Below are positions 1 through 9,125 of a DNA stretch of 64,000 nt, piece by piece (within the stretch, counting starts at the first letter, position 1; the number at the start of each line of letters is the position of its first letter). The position numbers and the translations under genes are program-made. The notes beneath the pieces are model-generated. The model saw only the letters and a list, made by a program, of their open reading frames with translations, was not told the origin of the DNA and did not search any database. This stretch comes from Adineta vaga (taxonomy: Eukaryota; Animalia; Rotifera), in assembly GCA_021613535.1 (NCBI GenBank), contig CP075494.1, positions 10,912,001 through 10,976,000 on the forward strand. Direction: 5' to 3'.

Positions 1-727
1 GAACTTATACCAATTCGTTTAACTCGACAATTGACTCAACTAATGTCACCGATTGGTACTGCCGGTCTTTTCCGTGCAACAATGATTGATACTATCAATG
101 CATTACGTGAAAATTCTGATTTATTATTAAGTACAATGAATGTATTCATCAAAGAACCATTGATGGAATGGGTGGTAAGTAGTTCTATTATTTTAACTTT
201 ATTGTTTCTGATTAATACCGATTTGTAGGAACATGCACTTAAAACTAGCAGACAAGTTTCACAAAGTGGTATGTTCATTACATATTTTAAGATTAAAAAA
301 TGAACGGTTTTCTTATTTCAATTCTATAGAATCAAGTCCAATTCGTTCTGATGATACATATGCAAAAGATCGAATTCGAAGTGCTCGTCTAAAACTAAAT
401 GGAATCAATCCAGCTGTCATTACCGCGTATGTACTACCCATCCTATGAATAGATGTATCTTCTATGGCGATATTTATTGTTTTTAGTGCGGATCTTAAAT
501 TAAATAATTTTCTTCGTCCTTCTGCATTGAAGGAGGCACTTCGTTGCATGGAAAAAGTTGTCGGTGGTGATCAAAATGAAAATAAACGTGCACAAATTTT
601 CGTACAATATGGATCCAATCGTTATCATCAGTTAACAGCCGATGAACAAGTCGATTGTATTATTGATCAAGCAACTGATGTAGATATCTTAGCTCGATCA
701 TGGGCTGGTTTAGAAACATTTATGTAA
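1..727 (+). CDS. PRKDC: DNA-PK catalytic subunit, 3' end (end of kinase domain and FATC), spliced, 5' partial
   Basis: Contains ELIPIRLTRQ...MNVFIKEP.W and ends in QVDCIIDQATDVDILARSWAGLETFM*, which matches the DNA-PKcs FATC; three short GT-AG introns. Confidence 0.9.
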
Positions 728-847
728 TTCTTGTTGCAACTATTTTTTTAATGTCTTTGTATTATCATAAAAATAAATATGAAATGATAAATATTTTCAA
801 GAACAAACTACGATTCTTTCTTTATTTACATTTTGATTAAATGATAA

Positions 848-952
848 GTGTTGCTCTGGCAGATCAATGTTACCATCGATCCGCTTGATTTCGTCATCGC
901 AACATGTATTTTATCTTTTTCGATATATACCTCTTGGTAAGTTGTAATAAGC
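848..952 (-). ncRNA. Spliced-leader (SL) RNA gene, class A (22-nt exon GCTTATTACAACTTACCAAGAG)
   Basis: Exon 952-931 followed directly by a GT donor; 105 nt to the conserved GAGCAACAC end; matches the recalled bdelloid SL exon and SL RNA length. Confidence 0.92.
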
Positions 953-1062
953 AACTTTCTCTACGATCAAAGATCCACGCCCTCTAGCGTGTCTCTACAC
1001 TTTCTCCTTTTTTCTTTCATTTCTATACATCAGATATATACAGAATATCATTGAATAAAGTT

Positions 1063-1170
1063 ACTTATTACAACTTATACCAAGAGGTAAACGATCTTAC
1101 CAAATCAAACGCATGTTGCGATGACGAAATAACGCGGATCGATGGCGACATTGATCAGCCAGAGCAACAT
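1063..1170 (+). ncRNA. SL RNA gene, class B (24-nt exon ACTTATTACAACTTATACCAAGAG)
   Basis: Variant exon 1063-1086 plus GTAAAC donor; same 3' domain (TGTTGCGATGACG...CAGAGCAACA) as class A. Confidence 0.85.
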
Positions 1171-1318
1171 TCTTTCATTGAAAAACGGAGCAAAAACAAT
1201 CTAATGTAATTTCGTTTCATTACGAAATAATTCGATGACTGTTTTCATCGATGTAAAATAAAAGTGAAATGTGTTTAGACACGGTGCAGAAAAGAGAAGG
1301 GAAATGTTGTAGTTAGTT

Positions 1319-1513
1319 ATCGCTTCTCGGCCTTTTCGGCTAAGATCAAAGTGTAGTATCTGTTCTCGTCGGTTTGAAAGCCGGCGCTGGTCTCATTGAG
1401 GCCAGGCTCTTTCAAGCAGATTTTTGGACATGGGCCAGGATCACCCGAGTTCACTCGGACCTGTGCCACGGATCGTCTCGACACTGCAGTGCCGTCGAGT
1501 TTGGTCCACTCCC
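1319..1513 (+). ncRNA. U2: U2 snRNA, major type
   Basis: Starts ATCGCTTCTCGGCCTTTT; branch-pairing GTAGTA; stem IIa loop TTGAAAG complementary to CTTTCAA (IIc); Sm site AGATTTTTGG; loop IV ACTGCAGTGC. Confidence 0.97.
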
Positions 1514-2241
1514 GTTCTCCTTCGGGACAACGGGAATCATTCTATCAACAAAGTCAAAATGAAAACAGAAAACACCTTGTGACGAGCTTCTTTTCTTAAG
1601 AACTACAAATTGCTATCATAGTTGCTCTTCGTCCATTGTTTCCTTTTCCATCAAAGCAAAGCTCGCTACTGTTATGAGAAAAATGAAATTTAATTCTTCA
1701 AGTCTCGTCTCGAATCATCATTTTGAATCAGAATCTTGTCAATAGAAAGATACGATTCTTTTTCTTTCGGAATATAATTGAATATTTCGATGTTTGAAAA
1801 ATAGAAAACTAAAATCGGAAATCCTGTCTCTCCTCATTAATGTTGAATCGAAATGTAGGAACTTCGAAGATTGATTTATAATGAATCGTAGATATGCTGT
1901 TAATATACGATTATCTTGACTCATCCAACTTTGATAATTGTAATATAAATATGATTGAATATCGTTAATATATATACATATTGGGCTTTCCAGTCATTTG
2001 TGTTTCAATGATGTGCAGATAATGAATTTTTCTCTCGTACTACTTTCTCTCATGTGCTTATTAAAAGGAACTTAGGAAGAGACAAGAGATTTCACAGGCT
2101 TCAAACGGAATCATAGCAATGATCTGTTAAAAGAGTACTATTCTGCATCCAAGTTTCCTGATGCAACAAAGTAAGAAAATAAGTATATTTGATTTTCATT
2201 ATGTTTTTCGTAAGATGATTCCCGTTATCCCGAAGGAGAAC

Positions 2242-2437
2242 GGGAGTGGACCAAACCCGACGGCACTGCAGTGTCGAGACGATCCATGGTCCGGGTCCAA
2301 GTGTAACTCGGATGATCCCGACCGATGTCCAAAAATCTGCTTGAAAGAGCCTGGCCTCAATGAGACCAGCGCCGGCTTTCAAACCGACGAGAACAGATAC
2401 TACACTTTGATCTTAGCCGAAAAGGCGCAGAAGCGAT
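2242..2437 (-). ncRNA. U2: U2 snRNA, variant type
   Basis: All U2 motifs present; 5' end reads ATCGCTTCTGCGCC; stem III carries compensatory changes. Confidence 0.93.
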
Positions 2438-2609
2438 AACTTCGACCAAGTTTCCTCTCCCTTTTCTGCACTACGTCTGCACACCTTGATAATCAATTGA
2501 TGGGACATGAGTCACTGATTGATTTTCGTAATATCGTGACGAAGAAATACACTGTTACGTAATTACGAATGATGATTGTTATTGCTTCAATTACATTAGT
2601 TTGATTAAA

Positions 2610-2718
2610 GTGTTGCTCTGGCAGATTGGTGTAAGACACCAATCCGCATTTTATCGTCATCGCAACATGTCTGTGATCTAGTGAGATCATTTACCTCTTG
2701 GTGTAAGTTGTAATGAGC
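2610..2718 (-). ncRNA. SL RNA gene, class C (24-nt exon GCTCATTACAACTTACACCAAGAG)
   Basis: Exon 2718-2695 plus GTAAAT donor; 3' hairpin GCGGATTGGTG/CACCAATCTGC. Confidence 0.83.
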
Positions 2719-2850
2719 AACTTTCGTCGATGATGTGAAGAAAACGATGTTTCTCCAGTCCGTAGACATCTGATGTATGTAAAAGAAAGAAAAAAGAGAA
2801 AAGCGTAATGACAGAAGAGTTGGGGTTCTCGGTGGAAAAAGAAGAAAGTT

Positions 2851-2957
2851 GCTTATTACAACTTACGAAGAGGTATATATCGATATGGAAACAAATACAG
2901 GTTGCGATGACGATATCATGCAGAATGGTGTTTTACTCCGATCTGCCAGAGCAACAC
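2851..2957 (+). ncRNA. SL RNA gene, class D (22-nt exon GCTTATTACAACTTACGAAGAG)
   Basis: Exon 2851-2872 plus GTATAT donor; conserved GTTGCGATGACG...CAGAGCAACAC. Confidence 0.83.
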
Positions 2958-3369
2958 TTTTTATAAAATATAAATGGAAAATAATACGAGAGTCGTTCTC
3001 ATACATTAACAATCAATCAATTGAACAAGTTATTTTATATATGTGCAATGCTATTTTTCTTTGATGAAAAGATGTAGAACAATAAGAATGGAAATAGTAG
3101 AAGTATTTCATCTACTGGATTTATTTCGAATATATGTAATTATAGTATAATTAAATAACAGTTGCTTTGTCAAAATAAGATGTATCGATTATGATGATGG
3201 TTATTAGAAGTGAACAAGTATTTGTTTAACATTCTTTCACTCTTTTATTATTTAATCCGAGACATTTTCTTTGAATTGACTTTGTGATGGAATAAAGTAG
3301 GGAAATTATTATAGCTGATTTTCATTATAAGTTTTTGTTAGAATGATTCCCATTGTCCCGAAGGAGAAC

Positions 3370-3564
3370 GGGAGTGGACCAAACTCGACGGCACTGCAGT
3401 GTCGAGACGATCCGTGGCACAGGTCCGAGTGAACTCGGGTGATCCTGGCCCATGTCCAAAAATCTGCTTGAAAGAGCCTGGCCTCAATGAGACCAGCGCC
3501 GGCTTTCAAACCGACGAGAACAGATACTACACTTTGATCTTAGCCGAAAAGGCCGAGAAGCGAT
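3370..3564 (-). ncRNA. U2: U2 snRNA, major type
   Basis: Reverse complement of the 1319-1513 sequence. Confidence 0.97.
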
Positions 3565-3711
3565 AACTAACAAAAACATTTCTTTTCTCTTTTCTGCACC
3601 GTGTCTAAACACATTTCACTTTTAGTTTACGTCGACGAAAACAGTCATCGGATTATTTCGCAAGGAAACGAAATTACATTAGATTGTTTTCGCTTTGTTT
3701 TGAATGAAATA

Positions 3712-3820
3712 ATGTTTCTCGGGCGGATCAGTATTAATCATCAACCCGTACGGTTTCGTCATCGCAACATGTGTTTGATCTAGTAAGATCGTTTACCTCT
3801 TGGTGTAAGTTGTAATAAGT
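3712..3820 (-). ncRNA. SL RNA gene, class B, with a diverged 3' half (possibly decaying)
   Basis: Exon ACTTATTACAACTTACACCAAGAG (3820-3797) plus GT; many substitutions in the 3' hairpin and terminal stem. Confidence 0.65.
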
Positions 3821-3935
3821 AACTTGATTCAATGATATTCTGTACATATCTGACGTATGTAAAGAAAAGAAAAGAAAAAAAGAGAAAGTGTAGAGACACG
3901 CTAGAGGGCGTGGATCCTTGACTAAGGAGAAAGTT

Positions 3936-3966
3936 GCTTATTACAACTTACCAAGAGGTAAATATC
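3936..3966 (+). pseudogene. SL RNA gene class A, 5' part (exon and donor), interrupted by the retrotransposon
   Basis: Perfect exon 3936-3957 plus GTAAATATC, then unrelated sequence; the rest of the gene resumes at 9051. Confidence 0.92.
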
Positions 3967-4151
3967 TTCACGGATTTTGAATTGAAAAACAAACACTAAA
4001 TTTTTCCAAATTTAAATAAACAAAGAAGATATCTGTGAAACGAGCGATTTTAGCGTGATTCTTGTCAGCTCATTCTGCGCTCTATTTCAATTTATCCTTC
4101 TATTATATATTTCCATTAACCTTTGCTTATCTTTGGTTACGAAATTTTATA

Positions 4152-5348
4152 ATGTCGTTTCACCAGTTGATACGGGAAGCAGTTTTGCTTACATTGATTA
4201 AAGGTAGCGATCGAATTGATCGCACAGGAATGATTAATGCTCTCGGTCAGATCATTCCAGTGTCAGATATTGACTCGTTTGGAAATCTCGGAAATTTCTC
4301 TGAATGGTACGTTATCTTTAAAACAACCAATGCAAGAGAAATTATTCTTAAAAATAATGAATTTAAAGTTGGTGATCAAACATTTATGATTAGCGAACCA
4401 TACAAACATGTCAAAATTATTAGATTACTTAATGTTCCACCAGCTATTTCAGACGATGATATTCGATCAATTGCTTCAAAATGGGGAGGTTTAGTTCTTA
4501 ATGTTGATGTAGAAAAACTGCCACAACCTTTTGAAACAATCAAAACATTCGTACGTCGCATACGTATTCGCTTTTTTACACGCCAAGACGAAGAAAAAGT
4601 ACCTATTAGTATTCGTTATAATGGTTACACGTTCTCGGTCAATCTTGAAGGTCGTCAAAAAGTTTGTTATAGATGCAAACAAGCTGGTCATATTAAAGCG
4701 GAATGTAAAGTTTTAAAATGTCATAAATGCTTTACACTTGGACATGATGATCCATTATGCCAACAGAATAAATCATATGCAGCTGCAGTTAGTGAAACAC
4801 CAGTGAACATTTTTTCTACAAACTCACCAAGTATTCAAGGTGATACGGGTGTTGAATCTACTCCAGTTGGACAGGTATTTAAACCAACAACGGCTTCACA
4901 AAAGCGGAAAAAGAAAGTTTGCCCTCGTTGTCAACAATCTGGTCATAAACCCAAAGATTGCTCTCTTCAGCAAAATCTTAATATTCAACCTGGAAAAGAA
5001 GATACAAATAATCATGTTATTTCCGTCGAAGAAGTTCAACAAACAACAACAACTTTGACAAATACAAAAGCTGTACCAGAAAATGAAGACAATGTAATAC
5101 TTGATCCACAACAGTCCACATTATTAGAGGATCAAAATGAAAAAGCTGTGGTTGCTACAATAGCCACGTCATTACAAGAACGTATAATGTATCAAGCATA
5201 CAAGAACTCAACAAGTGATTTTAAACGAACATGTGCAGATAGAAGCATCGATTCGGATCTAGAAGTGGACCCAAAGAAAGCTCACACATACGATTCTTCA
5301 ACGTCGGTAATGGACGAACAAGAGGAGGGAGAAGTTAATGACCAATAA
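4152..5348 (+). CDS. Retrotransposon ORF1 (gag-like nucleic-acid chaperone, three CCHC knuckles)
   Basis: CYRCKQAGHIKAEC, CHKCFTLGHDDPLC and CPRCQQSGHKPKDC; the first ATG after the insertion point is at 4152. Confidence 0.9.
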   Translation: MSFHQLIREAVLLTLIKGSDRIDRTGMINALGQIIPVSDIDSFGNLGNFSEWYVIFKTTNAREIILKNNEFKVGDQTFMISEPYKHVKIIRLLNVPPAISDDDIRSIASKWGGLVLNVDVEKLPQPFETIKTFVRRIRIRFFTRQDEEKVPISIRYNGYTFSVNLEGRQKVCYRCKQAGHIKAECKVLKCHKCFTLGHDDPLCQQNKSYAAAVSETPVNIFSTNSPSIQGDTGVESTPVGQVFKPTTASQKRKKKVCPRCQQSGHKPKDCSLQQNLNIQPGKEDTNNHVISVEEVQQTTTTLTNTKAVPENEDNVILDPQQSTLLEDQNEKAVVATIATSLQERIMYQAYKNSTSDFKRTCADRSIDSDLEVDPKKAHTYDSSTSVMDEQEEGEVNDQ

Positions 5349-5541
5349 CTCTCCATCTCACAAGTAAAAATCACACAAAAACATTAAAAAGAATAAATAT
5401 ATATACACATGTATATATAATATTTAAAAAAAAAAAAAAAATTAATGAACTAATTAAAAGTCCAAAAAAAAATGTTTAAAAATCATTCAAAATAAAAAAA
5501 AAAATTATAAATTCCTTACCGATTAAACAATTACATCAAAC

Positions 5542-8500
5542 ATGATTACAATTTTCTCATTTAACATCCGTGGCATTGTATCAGTTAATAAACAATCATT
5601 ATTTCGAGAATGGCTCAAAGTTAACCCGCATGATATTGTTCTTCTACAAGAATTACATATTACGTCGAAACAACAATTAGATCTCTTCAAACAATCATTC
5701 ACTGATTATGCTATTTTCTGTAGTCTCGGAACATGGTCAGCTGGTGGTGTAATGGTCATGATAAAACACAAATTACTCATTATTGATTCTGGCGTAGATT
5801 ATAGTGGTCGGATCGCCTTCGCCAAAATTATAATCAACAATTGTCCTATTACAGTAGCTAGTGTTTATGCACCAACACAAGTAAATGAAAGGTGGGATTT
5901 TTTCAAAGATCTTCATTTATATATTCCGACATCTCTTTGGATGGTGATTGGAGGTGATTTTAATTGTATTGCTGATCCAACAAAAGATCGTCTTCGCCAA
6001 GAAGGTCGAAATGATCAACGTTCTTATGCAACTCTCAATAGTGAATTTCTACAACCATTATCTTTAATCGAATTATATCGCTCAAAACACCCTCGTTCAA
6101 TCGTGTACTCTTACCACAATGAATCCAGAAACATACACAGTCGCATCGACTTTTTCTTTGGAACGAAGGTTATACGCAAAAACATCTTGCATATTGCTTA
6201 TACACCCGTTGGCATTTCAGATCATGATGGAATGTCACTTCATTTATCATCACCTCCAACAACAACAACAGAATACCATAGATGGATATGTAATGGCGAA
6301 GTGATTAAAAGACCAAGTTTTCTACCTCGTTTCCAAAAAATATGGGAAGTACTCAAAAAGTCTTCGAATTTTGAAGATCTTGCCTGGTGGTCAGATTTAA
6401 AAACTAGTTTAATTTTGCTCTTACAAGATGAACAAAAACAAATGGTTGCTGAATCACGAAATGGTATTAAATGTCTTCAAGAACGTTATCGCACACTTGC
6501 AACGAATGCTTCAGCTAACGATTTAAAGGAGATGGATAAAATTCGTGATACCATCCACGACACTTTGGTCAAAAAAGTAATGGCAAATAATCATGGACAC
6601 GGTGATAAAACAACTCAAGAACTTGGAGAAATTGCTCTTTCACGTCTATCAAGTACGCGGGCAAATCAATCTGTTATCCATTTCCTCAACCATCCACTGA
6701 AAGGACGTGTAGAGGAAATTGACGACATGCTCGAAGTTGCCACACTTTTTTATCATGAATTATATAAAGAAAAAACAATCAATATGTCATCATGGAGTGA
6801 ATTGTTCGCTGATTTACCAAAATTAAGTGAAGAAGATCGTGAATTATTAGATCGAGAAATATCAGTATCGGAATGCTTTAATGCACTTCGTGCTATTCCT
6901 GATCAAAGATCACCAGGTGATGATGGCATTACTGCCGAGGTGTGGCGATTGATTTTCCCTATAATTGGCAGCCATTACATTCAAATGATTAACACTGCTA
7001 AAACAAAAGGTCAATTCCATCCTAAATTTCTTCAAGCATTGTTAACTCTCCTCAAGAAAAAGAACAAATCCGACGGGTCGATGAAAGATTTTCGACCTAT
7101 CTCCTTGATGAACATCGATTACAAGATATTATCAAAGGTTCTTAGTACACGTCTACGAAAGGTGATTGCCAACATCATTCATCCTGATCAAACATGTTCA
7201 GTTCCTGGCCGGTCAATACAGGACAATGTCATTTTAATCAGATCAATCATTGAATACCAAAGACGAATTCGTGATCCGATTGGGATAGTTTTATGGGATC
7301 AGGAGAAAGCATTTGATAGGATTAACCATCGATATTTAGTAGGAGTATTAAATGCTTTTGGTTTTACTTCCAATATCATCAATTGGATAAAACTTCTTTA
7401 TGGCAACGGATCCTTTAGAATCAAATTAAACAATTACATCTCTACGTCGATTGCTTTTAGTTCGGGCGTCAGGCAGGGTTGCAGCCTATCAGGCTTATTA
7501 TTTATTATTTGTCTCGAACCACTCCTAAATCGTATACGTTTAAATCAATCAATTCCTGGTGCATTTCTACCTGGAAGTCAGTTTAGAGCTATTCGTCAAA
7601 TTATTTTTCCAATTAATGACAATATACTCAATACGGAACAAGTGAAAATCAAAACCATAGCTTACGCCGATGACATCAACACACTTGTACGAAATCGCGA
7701 CGAAGAAAGATCAACAATGGACATGTTTGAATTATATAGTCAAGCATCAGGAGCAAAAGTCAACAGCTCCAAAACCGAAATACTATGGATATCAGATTGG
7801 CTGACTCCACCATATTTCGAAGCCAAAATTAATTGCGAATGGTGTATCTTTCTGGGTATTCCAATGGATACAAAAGGACAACTGCCACCACTCGAATTGG
7901 AAAAGAAATTAAATAGTATCAAACAACAGATTGGATATTGGTCCACAATTAACCTTTCTCTAAAGGAACGAGTAACGGTGTTGAAAGTTTTTATTTTGAG
8001 TCAATTGATATATTGGTTTTCACTCTCAGTTATTCCGAAGAAAGTGGTGGCAAAGCTGCAAAATATGTTTGTGAAGTTCTTCTGGTCTTCTTTGGGTCCT
8101 CGAATTCATTTAAGAACAATTATCGGACATAAACATGACGGGAGTTATAGTTTACCGCACCTTCAAGCAATGATCGAAGCACTTCGAATTAAATGTGGTT
8201 CTCAACTGATCAATCCATTGCATTTAGCTCCTTGGAAATTTTATGCTTTAATAGAAACAGGTGTTCAATTACGACAATATGCCCCACGTCTTTGGTCAAA
8301 TCTGATACCTCACATCGAGAAAGGCGATTCTTTCTTCCATGAAGTTGCATCAAATACTGCAAAGTGGCTGAAAGCAGGTGGAAGTCTAAACATACAACAA
8401 AATCAACCATCCTTTTACTGGCAAATCGTTAATCGATTTTACTTTCGTCATCCTGTTTCTGTACGTAAAGTTCCACTTTTAAAAAATATCAATTTTTTCC

Positions 8501-8955
8501 GATTGCTGAGAGAAAGCTTGCCCAGTCACACACTGGACTTTTGGATGATCTTAGCCAATTATGGAATCCATACTCGATCACGTACCGGCCACAATAAAAA
8601 TACAAGAAAATGTCTTTTATGCAACGAAGTCGAAACTCCATCTCATCTTTTCACGAAATGTTCCGCTTTTAACAAGCTCTTTGACTGTCTCAACGACAGA
8701 TTAGAATCAATCTGTGGTAACAAAATTAGTAAAACAACAATCGATATTATATACCTCAAAGAAATCAATCAGTTATCGCCCATTCGTCAAATACGGAAGA
8801 ATATCGTTTTTATGATCGGCAACTATTTATTTTCCATATGGAAATATCGAAATATCGCCAGACATCAATGTAGTCGAAATTTTGAATTAGATCCATCCAT
8901 GGCAACCCGACTTTTCTTAACAACCATCAAACGGTTACCTTTTGATGTTGGTTAG
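5542..8955 (+). CDS. Retrotransposon ORF2: APE endonuclease, reverse transcriptase and C-terminal CCHC
   Basis: Endonuclease motifs FNIRG, LLQE, VYAP, GGDFN, SRID, SDH; RT motifs SPGDDG, FRPISLMNIDYK, DQEKAFD, GVRQGCSLS, YADD; C-terminal CLLC..ETPSHLFTKC; 1137 aa uninterrupted. Confidence 0.97.
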   Translation: MITIFSFNIRGIVSVNKQSLFREWLKVNPHDIVLLQELHITSKQQLDLFKQSFTDYAIFCSLGTWSAGGVMVMIKHKLLIIDSGVDYSGRIAFAKIIINNCPITVASVYAPTQVNERWDFFKDLHLYIPTSLWMVIGGDFNCIADPTKDRLRQEGRNDQRSYATLNSEFLQPLSLIELYRSKHPRSIVYSYHNESRNIHSRIDFFFGTKVIRKNILHIAYTPVGISDHDGMSLHLSSPPTTTTEYHRWICNGEVIKRPSFLPRFQKIWEVLKKSSNFEDLAWWSDLKTSLILLLQDEQKQMVAESRNGIKCLQERYRTLATNASANDLKEMDKIRDTIHDTLVKKVMANNHGHGDKTTQELGEIALSRLSSTRANQSVIHFLNHPLKGRVEEIDDMLEVATLFYHELYKEKTINMSSWSELFADLPKLSEEDRELLDREISVSECFNALRAIPDQRSPGDDGITAEVWRLIFPIIGSHYIQMINTAKTKGQFHPKFLQALLTLLKKKNKSDGSMKDFRPISLMNIDYKILSKVLSTRLRKVIANIIHPDQTCSVPGRSIQDNVILIRSIIEYQRRIRDPIGIVLWDQEKAFDRINHRYLVGVLNAFGFTSNIINWIKLLYGNGSFRIKLNNYISTSIAFSSGVRQGCSLSGLLFIICLEPLLNRIRLNQSIPGAFLPGSQFRAIRQIIFPINDNILNTEQVKIKTIAYADDINTLVRNRDEERSTMDMFELYSQASGAKVNSSKTEILWISDWLTPPYFEAKINCEWCIFLGIPMDTKGQLPPLELEKKLNSIKQQIGYWSTINLSLKERVTVLKVFILSQLIYWFSLSVIPKKVVAKLQNMFVKFFWSSLGPRIHLRTIIGHKHDGSYSLPHLQAMIEALRIKCGSQLINPLHLAPWKFYALIETGVQLRQYAPRLWSNLIPHIEKGDSFFHEVASNTAKWLKAGGSLNIQQNQPSFYWQIVNRFYFRHPVSVRKVPLLKNINFFRLLRESLPSHTLDFWMILANYGIHTRSRTGHNKNTRKCLLCNEVETPSHLFTKCSAFNKLFDCLNDRLESICGNKISKTTIDIIYLKEINQLSPIRQIRKNIVFMIGNYLFSIWKYRNIARHQCSRNFELDPSMATRLFLTTIKRLPFDVG

Positions 8956-9050
8956 CCTAGTCATTGCACTAACATACTTGTTTTTTCAGGTTGAATTTAG
9001 TGGTTTTTTGTCATGGATGTAAATAAATAAAACAAGAGAGGAAAAAAAAA

Positions 9051-9125
9051 ATCGAAAAAGATAAAATACATGTTGCGATGACGAAATCAAGCGGATCGAT
9101 GGTAACATTGATCTGCCAGAGCAAC
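9051..9125 (+). pseudogene. SL RNA gene class A, 3' part after the insertion
   Basis: ATCGAAAAAGATAAAATACATGTTGCGATGACG...CAGAGCAAC is identical to the class A intron. Confidence 0.92.

Larger units (their letters stand above)
848..3590. repeat. Direct duplication, copy 1 (~2.7 kb; copy 2 at ~19770-22470)
   Basis: Spacers 1560-2200 and 2960-3270 recur nearly identically at 20490-21130 and 21890-22200. Confidence 0.9.
3967..9050 (+). mobile_element. Full-length L1-superfamily (Tx1-like) non-LTR retrotransposon inserted in an SL RNA gene
   Basis: Two intact ORFs; AATAAA and an A-tail at 9021-9050; absent from the paralogous site at 19770-19874; possible 3-bp TSD (ATC); 5' boundary uncertain between 3961 and 3967. 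Confidence 0.93.

Noticed and set aside
1374-1599. Repeated small ORFs (MKAGAGLIEARL..., MRPGSFKQ..., MDMGQDH...) that look like a multicopy peptide family
   Set aside because: They start at TTG and are incidental translations of the GC-rich U2 snRNA in each copy
2849-3064. ORF MLITTYEEV... and its copy at 21778
   Set aside because: It overlaps the class D SL RNA gene and has no coding signature
4062-4151. Hydrophobic N-terminal extension of ORF1
   Set aside because: It depends on a TTG start; the region is a pyrimidine-rich 5' UTR and the first ATG is at 4152
3370-9050. The retrotransposon as a U2-targeting Keno or Utopia element
   Set aside because: All eight U2 genes are uninterrupted; the insertion is ~400 bp from U2, inside an SL gene, and the endonuclease is APE type, unlike Utopia
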